From Octopus sinensis (taxonomy: Eukaryota), in assembly GCF_006345805.1 (NCBI RefSeq), contig NC_043006.1, positions 38,440,001 through 38,504,000 of the forward strand: DNA of 64,000 nt. The letters run 5' to 3'. Of the stretch, positions 36,520 to 50,674 are shown piece after piece; position 1 is the stretch's first letter, and the number at the start of each line of letters is the position of its first letter. The notes under the pieces were generated by a model. It was not told the DNA's origin. It saw nothing but the letters and a program-made list of their open reading frames with translations, and did not search any database. The translations under genes and the position numbers were made by a program.

Positions 36520-39500
36520 ATGTATGAGTCTCGATCTGGTTATTCTGGCTGGCAGCTTGCCTATAATTATTTGATTTCCACATTCCTGATTTTGAAATTC
36601 TAACCCTAAATAACTCTTGCCCTTAAGCATTGAGTAGCTTCGAACTTCTTGCCTGTTCCCATGCACACTACATACAAGCATGCATATAAACAAGCACTTC
36701 TACATGCATACCCACGTCTCTCTCTCATCATCATTGTTCTAATGACTACTTTCCCACCTGACATGGATCAGACATGACTATATTTCAGTAGTTCTCTACC
36801 GCTAGATTTCTTCTTGATGCTAACCTGAGCAGGTTTCCTAACAAAGTAATAATCCATAAGCCTGCTCATTGATGAGAAGTTCAGATATACTCTTAGAGAA
36901 AACTGAAAATAAATGACACTGTGATGCTTTTGTCTACAGGACACCAACATGTCAAGACATGCCAAAAACGCCTGGACTGTGCAATAATGGTGTGTTGCAA
37001 GCAAATGATAATCACTATGTGAATGAGGAGACCTTTTATTTACAGTTGCTACACAAGTGTGTGAAGGGGAGGGGAAGTATGAACAATCTGACACACATAC
37101 ACGCATGTGCTTCAGTTGTTAGACTGTGGCCATGCTGGGGCAGTGCCTTCAAGAATCTTTTGGTTGAATGAATCGATCTTAGTACTTATTTTTTTAAGGT
37201 CTGGTGCCTATTCTATTGGTCTTTTTACTTTACTGAACTGCTAACTTATAGGGACATAAACATACCAACACCAGTTATCAAACAGTGAGGTAGGTGACGC
37301 ACAAACACATGATGGGCTTCTTTCAGTTTCTGTCTACCGAATCCACTCACAAAGCTTTGGTCAGCCAAAAGCTAAAGTGAAAGACACTTCCCCAAGGTGT
37401 CATGCAGTGGGACTGAACCCAGAACCTTATGGTGCGGAAGTACATGAAGCTCCTTATCACACAGCCATGTATTTTCATGTATTTTTTACTATTCTATTTA
37501 GAATTAATTTTGACTGGTTGCCTGCTTGATAGCAAGGTTGTGAAGGAAAGCATCATGTTTCGTTCATCATCCTTTAAACCTGAAGAAGGTCACGCAGATC
37601 TTTGTATACCAGATATTGGGATCGTTTATAGCGTATGATCTAAGGAATTACATACCCCCACCCCAAGAAACAACTCATTACAGATAGTATTTGGTGAGAT
37701 GAGCTTTCATACTGAGACAGCTTGCCTTTTCCAGTAGTTCTTTGTTATGTGTAAAAGGTTTGCAACTTATGCTTAATATTAGACAGCTCAAGAATGACGT
37801 TGTGTTTAAGAAACTCACTTGTGGTTTCAAGTTGAGCTTCATTCCACAGCACTGTGGGCAAATGTCTTCTAAGTGCTGGGCTTACCAATGTGTTGTGAAT
37901 GAATTTGGTGGAGAGAATGAATATATCAAAGGCAACACTCTTTTGGGAAGCTCTAATATACAACTGTGGGTCCCCAGTTTACTATGTAGCATGCATGGAC
38001 CCTACCCCACTCAAATCTTATATGGACCCCCAGGAGTTATATGGATTCCTTGTTGAGAATCAATGCTGTAGAGGGAGGGCTTATGGGAGCTGGGTAATAT
38101 GATCAAGATGGGGAACAATAAAAACCTAGAATGAGAGGTTGATGGAGACAGTGATGGTCAATACCAAAGGTGGACAGAAATAAGAGCAGCTAACAGGTGA
38201 CAACAGAAGCAGTCCAGGGGAGAGTGAGTAATGAATGGCAGGGAGTCAAGGGTTTTGGGTGTAAACAGTTCAGTGCAGTCTCTTATACATGGATCTAGAG
38301 GCAAAAAAAAATGATGAGGGCCCTGGTGGTAGTGGTAGTGGAAATTCCCTTGTTGCTAGAGAGCATCACATGTGGTGAAGAGATGAGAGATGCCTGAAAT
38401 GAGTGGGGAAATGATGGGTGGTTGGGGGCACAAGTAGAGTGATGAGGGTGATTTGATATAGACACTTAAAAACACACACACACACAGACTTAAACATTAC
38501 ATTAAATCTTGCAAAAGTCCAAGAAACTCCCTCAATCTGTCTTCAACCCATCAACAGCACAGAAAGAATGCATTTATATTCTTATTTAACTCACACTAAG
38601 GCTTTGTAATTTTAAAATTTATTTTAGTTCTTCTTATACTATGCTGTGCATTACACATCCATCCATCCACCCACATGCATACTCTGCTGAGTGGTTGGTG
38701 TTAGGAAGGGCATCCTCCAGTTAAAACCTTGCCAAAACAGACACAGAAGTCTGGTGCAGTCTTCTGCATGGTGAGCTCTGATCAAATGGTCCAACCAATG
38801 CCAGCATGGAAGGTGGACATTAAACGATGATGATGATACATAAAGAGAAGGGTTATGAATGACCATGGGATTGCACCTAGAATGTTCCCCTCTGAGGGAC
38901 AACTCCAAGCAAGGTTGTTTAGGGAAGGCCAGCAGCCGTCCATGCATATCAGCCTCCTTTCTCCACGCCGCCAATTTAAAGCAAGGGAAAGGCAAAAGCC
39001 GATACAGCTTAGCACCAGTGACATCGCAACTCATTTCTACAGCTGAGTGACCTGGAGCAACGTGAAATAAAGTATCTTGCTCAAGAATACAACACACAGC
39101 ATGGTCCAGGAATCAAACCCACTACCTCATGAATAAGCCTGACGCTCTAACCACTGAGCCATATGCCTTCATCATACATACATACATACATACATATATG
39201 ATATGTGTGTGTGTAAGTAAATGCATGAACTTATCTGCTACTGATGTGAGCCAAAATTTCTTCTACCTTATTCGCTTCCTGTTACTATTTGGCATGATTT
39301 ACACCATTTGAGAGAAAGAATTAAGAAATAATAATAACAGTGTAGCAACTATGAAACTCGTGTCTTAATTTCTAGTTCTTTGACAACATACCAATTCTAA
39401 CCCAAATAAGTATGGCTTGTTCAGTCTATAGACAAGTTCCTGATCATTAATTTATACGATGCCGTAACTATTACACTGAATAACTATGATAAATGTATAG

Positions 39501-39556
39501 CTTCTTCCTTACAGAAGAAAAATCATTGCAATCTATTTTATGTACACCAGACAAAT

Positions 39557-39755
39557 GTGACCTGAATAATAATAATAACAATAATAATAATAACAATAAT
39601 AATAAAAATAACATTGAAAAATATCTTAGGAATGAGATCCCAGGTTCAAAATTCCCCCAAGACACCTAATGAAAGCTGGAAGGTATATCAGCTAAAATGT
39701 TGTGTTAACAACAAACAAGATGAGGACAAATATCCATCTAATGTAAATAATGTTA
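39557..39755 (+). mobile_element. Headless copy of the (AAT)n-hammerhead arm
   Basis: gtgacctgaat(aat)n...atcttaggaatgagatcccaggttcaaaatt..ccaagacacctaatgaaagctggaaggtatatcagctaaaatgttgtgttaacaacaaacaagatgaggacaaatatcc. Confidence 0.85.
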
Positions 39756-40649
39756 ATTAACGAAGTTAGATTATGAAAGGCAACAAATGAATTAGGATAA
39801 TTCATAGTACTGGATTGTATATTCTGACTATTTCTCTCTCTCACATTCTCAATCTCACTCTGTATCTCTATCTTTCTCCCTAAATCTCTCCCACTTTTCC
39901 TCTCCTTCCTTGTCCTACTGGGGTAGCCGAGTATCTCCTCTATAGCAAGACAACTACCTTTGTCCCTTCTGTCATACTCTAACCTCTCGCCTGGCACACA
40001 TCCTCTTCCCTCTGTTTTCCATTCTTTCTCTCAACTATCAGGTCTTTCTTTTGCGAGTTGGCAACCCTGCTGGTGCCATTGCCACATAGAAAGCACCAAT
40101 GCACTCTGTGAAGTGGTTGGGCATTAGGAAAGGTATCTAGCTGTAGAAACCAAGCCAAAACAACAGACAATTGGAACCTGATGCAGCTCTTTGGCTTGCC
40201 AGCTCTAGTCAAACCTTCCAACCCATACCAGCATGGAGGACAGATGTTAGATGATGATGATGATAATGAGGAGGAGCAGGAAGAGGATATGTGTGCATGT
40301 TCTTGTCTGTATTTGTCCTCCCCACCCATTTGACAACCTGTGTTGGTTTGTTTACATCCCTGTAACTTAGCAGTTTGGCAAAAGAGTATAATAGAATATA
40401 TACCAGACTACTTAAAAAAACCCAAAAAAACAAGAAAAGCCATGATTAAAACTATAACTAAATTAGATATAATCCTGTCTTTTATCAGAAATCCATCTTA
40501 GAAATATGTCAAAGAAAGACTATTTTTTCCTTGCAACAATACAAATAAGTCCATATCTTTTCTTAAACAATATATTAATCACAAACCTATTAGAAGCCAT
40601 CACCTGTCCCTGGTTTCTCATCATTCATTGCTCATCATTCACTACATTC

Positions 40650-41005
40650 AACTCTGCCCTCGTCTCTTAACATCTGTTAATCTTCCCTCATCTCTTAACA
40701 CCTGTTATTTTGCCCATGTCTCTTAGCATCTGTTACTCTTCCCTCATCTCTTAACACCTGTTACTCTGCCCTTGTCTTTTAACACCTGTTACTCCGCCTT
40801 CGTCTCTTAACATCTGTTACTTTTCCCTCGTCTCTTAACATCTGTTACTCTGCCCTTGTCACTTAACACCTGTTACTCTGCCCCCCACCCGTCTCTTAAC
40901 ATCCGTTACTCTTCCCTCATCTCTTAACATCTGTTACTCTGTCCTCGTCTCTTAACATCTGTTACTCTGCCCCCCCCCCCCATCTCTTAACATCTGTTAC
41001 TTTGC
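40650..41005. repeat. 28-bp minisatellite, about 12 units (ctcgtctcttaacatctgttactctgcc)
   Basis: Anchor tctctta at 40663, 40691, 40719 and onward. Confidence 0.9.
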
Positions 41006-42033
41006 CCTCACACTCATATGAAACTAACCATCCTCCCCAACCAGCACATCAAGCGTATTCTCTCTTATCCAGGCTATGTCTGCTCTTATAATCGATGGTC
41101 ACTTGGTCATCAAATCCTTTGTGGTGTTCAACAATCAACGCCAAGATTAGCTGCTGTAGACCACACTATACCAACGTGTATATGCATGCGACCAGGGGTC
41201 ATCGTGTGAACTTGTATTCCCACTAAAACTCCAAACAGAAATTCTACACCTCAACAGTGAATGTCAACTATAGCTATGATGTCTGTGCTATCCACAGCCA
41301 ACTGTCAAATATGGTCAGCTTGTGGGGGTGGACTTGTTGGTCACAGCTGGTCTAAATCACCCTGGGTGAATGCTACCACACATACAAGTATGGTACAAGC
41401 ATTCTCTCTCTTGTCTTCATTTTGTACTCTGAGTCTACTCAGTTACTTCATCACTCCCATCTTTATCTTTTTCCTAGGTACTCACCCTTATGTGGGTAGC
41501 CATGTAACTATCTGTAAGACGTCTCTACTTGTCCATCTGACATACTTCAGCCTTTAGGCACCTGGCATGAAAGCCACCCCTCCCTATCAAATATTCCCTC
41601 TATACACTTAGTCTGGGAGGTTTTTTTCCATTTTCTGTTCCTTTTTGTCAAGTAACTTATTCAGTGACCTCACTTGTACCAAGGATGCAAACAAAAAAAA
41701 TAAAATGGTTATTAAGGGCGTCCAACCATACAAAACATGGCAACGGTGACACTGGCACTTGACACAGCCTTGTAACTTGCTGGATCTTGCCAAACCATCC
41801 AACCCATGCCAGCATGGAAAAATGAATATTAAATGATGATGATGCTGATGATGATGATGATGTCGATAATGATGATAATGATGACTGCTAATGAAGGATT
41901 TTGTTTAGCAATGGATTAACAATATTTCGTAAGATTAAGTAAAAACATTTACTGTTCGCTGCCATACCAAAAAAAAAAAACAAAAGACTTCTTTGTAACA
42001 GAGATACCAAAGAGACAAACCAAAGAACTTTAC

Positions 42034-42137
42034 CGATATAGATTTTTTTATCCGTGTTCAATGAACTAAAGGTTCCAGGTGAACTTCCTTCGAAAACAAA
42101 CTGGTTATCAACCAACAAGTATCCATCTTGTTTATCC
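42034..42137 (-). CDS. EGFLAM-like: Pikachurin/EGFLAM-like exon, terminal LamG
   Basis: ttgcag|G GAT...ATC G|gtaaag; 104 nt, phase 2 to 1; DKQDGYLLVDNQFVFEGSSPGTFSSLNTDKKIYI. Confidence 0.94.
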
Positions 42138-42774
42138 CTGCAATGAAAATTGATAGAAATAGTTTAAGACAAAGTAAAAAAAAAAATATACTTCTTTGCT
42201 TTTGTTTTATTTTTTCATGTCAATATTCCAATATTTGGCATAACTGAGAGATTTAAAGATAAGCTTCCAGCATCTTTTAATTGTAATTCTAATGGTAAGA
42301 GCAATTTATGTCTTTAAAACAACACAAAAATACAATCCACACTCAAGATTCTTTAGATAAATATATATTTTACTAACATACACATACTCCAGCTCACGTG
42401 TACACGCATGCACACAACACACAAACAACAATACACACACAAAATTAGAAGAGTTATTTTAAGCTTCAACTTACATCCTACACATGCATGCACTGTCTCT
42501 CTCTCTTTCTTACACAAACACACACATCTTTGCAAGGGAAACAAAACTGGTTATCTTTACACACACACAAACACATATATGTATATATGAATGTAGACTT
42601 CAGTTATATTTTTAGCTTTCACAATGTTACAAAAAATATATATGTATGTATGTAGGTATGTAGACTTCAATACACACATACACACACTCACATATATGTA
42701 TATATGTAGACTTCAATTTTTATATTTTTAGCTTTCAGAACATTGCAAAAAAATAAATAATAATAATAATACAG

Positions 42775-43170
42775 GCGTAGGAGTGGTTGCATGGTAAGTA
42801 ACTTGCTTACGAACCACATGGTTCCGGATTCAGTCCCACTGCGTGGCACCTTGGGCAAGTGTCTTCTACTATAGCCTTGGGCCGACCAAAGCCTTGTGAG
42901 TGGATTTGGTAGACAGAAACTGAAAGAAGCCCATCGTATATATGTATGTATATGTTTGTGTGTTTGACCCCACCCCCAACATCACTTGACAACCAATGCT
43001 GGTGTGTTTACATCTCCATAACTTAGCAGTTCGGCAAAAGAGACCGATAGAATAAGTACTAGGCTTACAAAAAATAAGTCCTGGGGTCGATTTGCTCAAC
43101 TAAAAAGGCAGTGCTCCAGCATGACCACAGTCAAATGACTGAAATAAGTAAAAGAGTAAAAAAAGAGTAA
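42775..43170 (+). mobile_element. SINE family A, full-length copy
   Basis: Same head, core and tail as 52381-52745. Confidence 0.85.
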
Positions 43171-43926
43171 AGAGAGTTCCCTTTGGCACTTTTGCACAGT
43201 CTGTAGCTAGCTTTTGGAAGCTGCTTTTTATAAAGAAGCTTTTAAAGAAAATAAATTCCACAGCATAGATTTTAAAGATATCATGTGAGGTCAGGTATGG
43301 CAGCATGTGCCACTGCAGCATGTTGCTGCATTCAGTGTTTGTCAGTATTTGCTTGGGTCATCTTGTGCAACCCTCCAAGTAGTGTCCCAGTTGGTTCCCA
43401 TCTCTGCGAGATACTTCCTCATCTACTGTGACCATGGGGCATGTAACAAAAAAGAAAAACAAATGTAAAGTTACCTTGTTGAGTCATACCAACTTATAAG
43501 GACCGGTTTTGCAGTTTGCATGGTGTATATAGACCCCCCTCCCACCTGGATAGGATGCCAGTCTGTTGCAAGATTACTCATTTTTACCAGCTGGGTGGAC
43601 TGAAGCAATGTGATACAAAGTGTCTTGCTCAATAGCACAACGCGTTGCCCTGTCCAGGAATTGAAATCACAATCTTACAATCATGAGTCCAACATTCTAA
43701 CCACTAAGTTACATGGTCTCCACGCTGGCATGTGATCAACCAACATGAGCCATTACACAGGATCCAACTTGGAAATTTTCTCACAGACACTTGCACACAC
43801 AGTGTCACTTGCTCATGCACACACAAACTCTCTCACAGTCACTTGCTCATGCACACACACACCCACACAACCTTACACACACGCACTCGGGTACATACAC
43901 ACATCATCTTTATAGTGAGGCCTTAC

Positions 43927-44157
43927 CTCTGAACTCGGACAAAGTGCCAACTGCCATCAAAGAAGTTTGTTGCATTGTAAGAAATGATGACTTCACCACT
44001 GCCAAGATTGTAGCGGAACTGCAGGATGGATTCAACGAAGCCAATGGCTAAGTAGTCACTGAATGCTGACCTCTGTTCTTTACCCACCCAGAAGAGCAGG
44101 CCATCTCTCTTTTCTGGTTTCACCCACATCTGAATGTCGATCTTGTTACCACGGGTT
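43927..44157 (-). CDS. EGFLAM-like: Pikachurin/EGFLAM-like exon, terminal LamG core
   Basis: tttcag|A ACC...AG|gtaagg; 231 nt, phase 2-2; TRGNKIDIQMWVKPEKRDGLLFWVGKEQRSAFSDYLAIGFVESILQFRYNLGSGEVIISYNATNFFDGSWHFVRVQR (DGLL.W, DY.A.G, YNLGSG, DG.WH motifs). Confidence 0.95.
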
Positions 44158-45256
44158 CTGAAATAACAGACATAAGACATGAATTGCAGACATGAGGGAA
44201 TTACATAATAATAATAATAATGGTTTCTGCTGTAGGCACAAAGGCCTGGAATTTGGGGGAAGGGATTAAGTCAATTACATCGACTCCCAGTGCATAACTG
44301 GTACTTATTTAATTGACTCCCAAAAGGATGAAAGGCAAAGTTGACCTCACTGGAATTTGAACTCAGAATGAAGTGATGGGTAAACTGCCGCTAAGCATTT
44401 CGTCCAGTGCGCTAATGATTCTGCTAGCTTGTCACCTCACTATTAATGATGATGATGATGATTTCAATAGTATTTTTTCAAATTTTGGCACAAGGTCAGC
44501 AACTTTTTAGAAGCAGGGCAAGTTAATTGCATCAGCCCCAGTGCTTAACTGGTATCCATTTTATTGTCCCTGAAAAGATGAAAGCGAAGGGCTTGGAACA
44601 GACCTCTGGCCACCAGCTCTGGTCAAACTGTCCAATCCATGTCAGCATGGCAAACATGTTAAAATAAGATAATGATGCTAACTATTGCCCAGTGAGCTCC
44701 ATCGATAATTGACATCTTTTGTCTCTTTAAACCACTTAATTTTAGTCAATGACAGAAGATTTGTGGAAATAACCACGTTCTTCAGATCATTATCAACCCT
44801 GGACATTACTGTTCTGAGTCTTAGGATTCACAGGGCTGTTGCAGGGTGTACCTGTTTACAGCTGAGTGGACTGTGACAACATGAAATGAAAACATTGTGA
44901 GGTGATTTAGTATATAGAAACTGTGGGAAGAAATATATATATATGTAAGCATGTGTGTGTGTGTGTGTGCATGCAGATATGTTGGTGCCTCCTTGTCTTA
45001 ATGATGATCTTTCATGTAGCTGAACAAACAATCCCAACCAGACAGTGTTCAAAGTGCAGGTTGTACTATTCATCCTTTCAGTTGTTGGATACAAAAACAT
45101 GGTTTGCTAGGCCTCCAGTCAGGTGGTTTTCTTGAGTGACCATCTCACCCTTCTACACCAACAATGCAAGGTTACCCATTCATAGCTGAATGAATTGGAA
45201 CACCCCTTCCCACATGGTAAAGTGGTATGAATCAGCCACTATAAGGTTAGACAGTC

Positions 45257-45352
45257 AGTCGTTGTAGGAGTTCAGTAGTAGTAGAGTCGTTGTAGGAGTT
45301 CAGTAGTAGTAGAGTCGTTGTAGGAGTTCAGTAGTAGTAGAGTCATTGTATG
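45257..45352. repeat. 28-bp tandem repeat, about 3.3 units (gtcgttgtaggagttcagtagtagtaga)
   Basis: gttgtaggag at 45261, 45289, 45317. Confidence 0.9.
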
Positions 45353-46832
45353 AGTTTCTCAGTTGGAGTAAGTCAGCTATGTGATATATACGGGTTCAAA
45401 TTACTGTCAAGGTAGACATTTCAAGGTCATTGTCTTGTACAGCTATCAGCGATAGCATGACAGATGAGTCAAAGATAATAAGACACAGAATACTGCCACA
45501 ACATAACAGTAGCAACAAGAATATCACAATGCCGACAACAACATACAAGTGGACCAGGATCTACATTATAACAGAATGCAACACCCCAACTACTAGGTCA
45601 TGTGCTTTCACTGTTATTTCTATAGAATCTGGAAAAGATACCAGTATGAGAAGTGACCAGTGTTGATATATTTGCCAGATCAAATGTTTTCAGTTGTGCC
45701 ATTTCTGTTTTGTTGGCATCACATTTAAAGAAAGCAGAAGACAATGAGACTAATAAATGTAACAACTTGATTGGCAATTATCTTTTTTAGATGATTGCAC
45801 AGGAGACAACCATCCTTAACAGCCCCTAACTTTTTGTTTCTGAGATCAGGGTTAAAAGAGCTGCAGCAACTGGAGAGACAGAGAAGATTAATTGGTTCTG
45901 TAAGAGAATCTAAACTGACATAATGAGGGTCAACTCCACCAGTATTGTGTATTATGTCGCTGGCTCATTAGAGCAATGATTTTCTCTTTATAACAACAAC
46001 TGCCTTCAAACATCAAAGAAGCTTGCACTTTGTATAGAAATTATTATATCACAAGGAATACATGAAGTGCACAGCAGAAACAGACACTGAAGTATCTGCC
46101 TGTCTTTTGCTTAACTGTTACTATGTATAGCTTATCTCTGATCACTGTGTGGCTTATTGATTCGATGCATGTAGATGAGTGAAGATATGCAGCCTGGTGA
46201 TCTGAAGATCATGGTTTCAATTTCTGGACTGGCTGGCGGATTGTGTTCTCTTGTAAAACACTACATTTCACATTGCTCTGTGATCACTTTGACATTTGAC
46301 CTTTGGCACACCATGTCCAACTATGTTGCACCTTGGGCAAGTGTCTCATACTATAGCCTGGGGCTGACCAAAGCCTTGTCAATGGATTTGGTTGACAGAA
46401 ACTGAAAGAAGCCTGCTGTACACACACACATGTACATATATATACATATTTTTTCCTTGTTTCAGTCATTTTACTGCGACCATGCTGGAGCACTGCCTTT
46501 AATCAAATAAATCGACCCCAGGACTTATTCTTTATAAGCTTTATGTTTATTCTATCGGTCTCTTTTGCTGAACTGCCAAGTTACGGGGATGTAAACACAC
46601 ACAAATACATACATACATTCATATACACACACACATGCACATACACACAGATATATATATATATATCATGGGCTTCTTTCAGTTTCAGTCTATCAAATCC
46701 ACTCACAAGGGTTTAGTTGGCTTGAGGCTATAGTATAAGACTTGCCCAAGGTGCCATACAGTGGGACTGAACCTGGAACCTTGTGGTTGGGAAGCAAGCT
46801 TTTTACCACATAGCCACGTCTGAGCATATAGA

Positions 46833-46886
<54 letters not shown>

Positions 46887-46893
46887 TATATAT

Positions 46894-46944
<51 letters not shown>

Positions 46945-47833
46945 TACATATATATATATGTGCATGTGTGTTTGTGTTTGTTTCCTTAAAACCAGTGTTG
47001 GTGTGTTTATGCCCTTGTAAAGAGACCAATACAATAAATACCAAGTTAAAAAAAAAAACACTGGGGTTAATTTATTCAATTAAAAAGAATTCTTCAAGGT
47101 GGTGCCCAGCATGGCTACAGTCCAGTGACCAAAACAAGTAAAAGATGAAAGGTGCAGATACCAGTTATATGCTAGGGTAATATAATTGAGAATACACTTT
47201 GTCAAAATTGGTGGTGGCCTTGTGTCAATGTTTGAAACCAATATTAGTTTTGTTCCACAAGCTTTTATGAGGCTGTTTGGTCTGCTAGAAATTGCAGCAA
47301 AATCTTCCTTCGATGATGTCTTATCCACTTAAAAAACATACATGGAATGCATGAGAGAGAGTATGCCTGCACAAAATACTGGATAGTCATGGCTGGAATG
47401 GTTCTGATCATAGGTCTGCTGGAATAGGGTTGATTTAAGGTCAAATAATATCATCATCATCATTTAACGTCCATTGTCCATGCTGGCATGGGTTGGATGG
47501 TTTGACCAGGTCTGGCAAGCTGAAATGCTGCACCAGACTCCAGTCTGATTTGGTATAGTTTCCTAATGAAAACCACTCCAAGAGCGTAATGGATGCTTTT
47601 ACGTGCCACTGGCACAGGTGCCATTTGTGTGACACCAGCAATAATAAGAATAAAAAGAATTGGGCTGGTGCTTTGCCGAAAAAGAAAAAAACCATGTTGT
47701 TTTAGACTGTCATTATCTTAAAAGAAAGAGAAGGGGAGAGAGAGGAGGAAGGGAGAAGACAGAGAAAGAGAGAGAGAGGAAGTAAATGCTGAAAGAGAGG
47801 GAGAGAGAGAGAAGAGAATTACATTGGACTCAC

Positions 47834-47909
47834 CGTTTAACAAAAGGTGTACTCTTGTACATGAGGTAGCTGCCTCCTGAGAACTGGGCATCATTAATTT
47901 TTTCAGTCT
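47834..47909 (-). CDS. EGFLAM-like: Pikachurin/EGFLAM-like exon, start of terminal LamG
   Basis: ctttatag|AG...CG|gtgagt; 76 nt, phase 1 to 2; TEKINDAQFSGGSYLMYKSTPFVKR (F.G.SYL.Y LamG start motif). Phases fit both neighbouring exons. Confidence 0.9.
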
Positions 47910-49455
47910 CTATAAAGGAAGGTGAGAAAGTCAGTAACATAGAAGAAATATCTTCACATCTATTTATAACACTGATACTAACAAAAACATCACATGCTAC
48001 CACAATATCACATGTCTAATATCAAATAACTGAAACACAACATGCCAAACTAAGTTGGAAGGTAGCAATTCTATATTTTGTTCAATGGAAGACAAATTTC
48101 ACTTAATACAGCAGCAAAATTGGTAGTGTTCCAGACCAAATGTCACATCACCCTTAGTTACATTACATACTTTTTACATTACATACTTTTTGATCCTGAG
48201 TTCAAATCCTGCCAAAACCCATTTTATTTTCATTATATTAATCCTTTATCATCCAGATTGATCCGTCAAATGAAATGCTAATTTATCCACATTGTTTTAA
48301 ATTAATCATGCATTATCTTGTAGCTTCAAGATTTAAATGATGTGACTGTTTATCTTTTGAATGACATTGTAGGATAGGTATGAGAGACCAAATCTGACCT
48401 GTTTGAACATAAAGCATGTAAAACATTTAGGTTTGATATGGCCAGTTTAAATGGGAAATGGTTAATTAAAGCACTATAGTTACAGGTGTGGCTGAGTGGT
48501 CAAGAGGTTTGTTTTCCAACTACATGTTTTTAGGTTCAGTTCCACTGCATGGCACTTTGGGCAAGTGTCTTCTACTATAACCTTGGCATGATCAAAACCT
48601 TATATATATATATATAACCAAGAGAGAAGATGGAGATAAGATTAATAAAAGTTTATTAATACATTGACGAGACCTACAATTGTTTCAATTCATCACTTGT
48701 GGCATAAAATCAACCAAATTTAATTTAACTAAATCAATTGATATTTATATCATTGTTTAATGTCCATCTTCGATGCATGTATGCGTAGGATGGTTGACAG
48801 GAGCTAGCCAGGTAGAAAAACTACCTAAGGCTATGGCATCTGTTTTGGTAGGGAGTTTACGGCTGGACAACCTTCCTAACACAAACCACCCTATAGAGTG
48901 AGCTCAGTGCTTTTACTCTGCAGAGTGGTTGGGGTTATATATATACACACACGATGGGCTTCTTTCAGTTTCCATCTACCAAATCCACTCACAAAGCTTT
49001 GGTTGGCATGTGGTTTATATTATAAGACATTTGCCCAAGGTACCAAACAGTGGGACTGAACCTGGAACCATGTGGTTGGGAAGCAAGCTTTGTAGTACAC
49101 AGCCATGCCTGAACCCTATATGTCTTTTTTTTATTCTTGAATGTAAGAAAAATTATGATGCATCTAATGTAACCATATTGTGGATGGAATATTGAAAGTA
49201 TGGTGAAACATATCAAATTTGTTTTTACCATAAAGTTAACTTATTTTTCTGCTAGGAAATATAATTTACTGAGGTTAGTGTTGAAGATTCAGTACAACAG
49301 AAGTTTCTGTGATATCAACCACCATATACCTCCGGCACAGACTCACTCATCATTACGTTCCATCATTTAATTTGAAATTAGTTTAGGATTTCAGAGTTAT
49401 CACCCTTGTATTTCTTCATAAGAACTATCATTAATGCTAATGCTTTTATTTTTTA

Positions 49456-50267
49456 CTAGCAGTATTGCCCGGCTTGTGCGCTCTATGCATGCGTGAATTA
49501 AGCTAAACTTAGATGAAGTTCAATCAAAATTCAATTATTTTGGTTTTAAAATCAAGCATTTAATGCCCTCTATTTTTGCGCTTATGTGTTCCATTTCCTC
49601 AATAGGAAGTACATAGAAGCGTTTCATAAATTTTTGTTGATCAAATAATTGCATTGTTGAATTATTCTTTTAGATCAGTATTTCTCAACGGGGATTTCAG
49701 GGGAGAGTTTCAGGGTGTCGCTGGCGATGTATCATGATGATCAAAAATCCGGCCTGCTAAAATTTGGTTAAAGTGATTCAAACTGCAGAATCAACACAAA
49801 ATGGTCACATTTAATTCAAAGCGTTAAAAATGTTATGTAAACAATTGGTATGTGTTCACAAAGTCCAAATGATTAATATGAAAAAACCCTCTAGGCTACA
49901 TCCCGAAAATTCATTTCTTTGCCGAATTTCTACAATGTTTACGGCGATTCGTTTTTATATCTTGATTTGTTATTTTTCATGCAATTTATGCATGCTTGCA
50001 CGCGTCGTGAACACAGTTCACGTCAAATAGCTGACTGAGTAAAGTTCACTATTCAATGCATGGGATAAGGCCTAAACAAACATATTATCGATTTTTTACA
50101 CTTGCAAGATGAATTTCGGAACAGAAATAGGGCAGTTCAATTTTCATTCGCCTAAACTTTAAGTGACCATTTTTGGTGGTTCTATGATTTGTTGGCTAGG
50201 AGGAGAGATGTGCCGGGAAGTTAAACACACAGACACACAAGTTGAGTTTTATATATATATATATAGA
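49456..50267 (-). mobile_element. Non-autonomous Helitron-like element (812 bp)
   Basis: Minus strand starts A|TCTATATATAT at 50267 and ends ...GCCGGGCAATACTGCTAG|T at 49456: canonical 5'-TC and CTAG-3' ends inserted at an AT dinucleotide with no TSD. The subterminal hairpin is degenerate. Confidence 0.75.
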
Positions 50268-50637
50268 TTATTAGTGTAATATTAATTGATTGAACATTTT
50301 TTTCTTTTTGCTTGTTTCATTAAATATGATCTACCTCCCACTTAAAATAAAGCACTTCATATATATTTAACCCTTTTCATGTGGCACAAAAAACATCACG
50401 TAGTCCACTCTGTAAAGTGGTTGGTGACAGGAAGAGCATCCTGCCATAAAAACCATGTCAGAGCAGACATTGAAGCTCAGTGCTGTTATCATCAGACTGT
50501 TCAGCCCATACCAACATACACGAAGCTGATTGGTAAAATTGGCTGAAATGGATTTATAATAGTATAAATATTAATACACCCACACTATTGACAAATATAC
50601 GAGCACATGTTCTTTCTAACTTATAGATTGCCAGCAC

Positions 50638-50674
<37 letters not shown>

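Noticed and set aside
37498-37580. Alternative terminal exon for the EGFLAM-like gene (ttcag|GT TTA AAG GAT...TAG)
   Set aside because: Phase-compatible but lacks the GC...C LamG C-terminal motif; the exon at 31645-31793 supplies it.
37578-37610. ctgaagaaggtc... as another hammerhead
   Set aside because: No GAAA or stem II/III geometry downstream.
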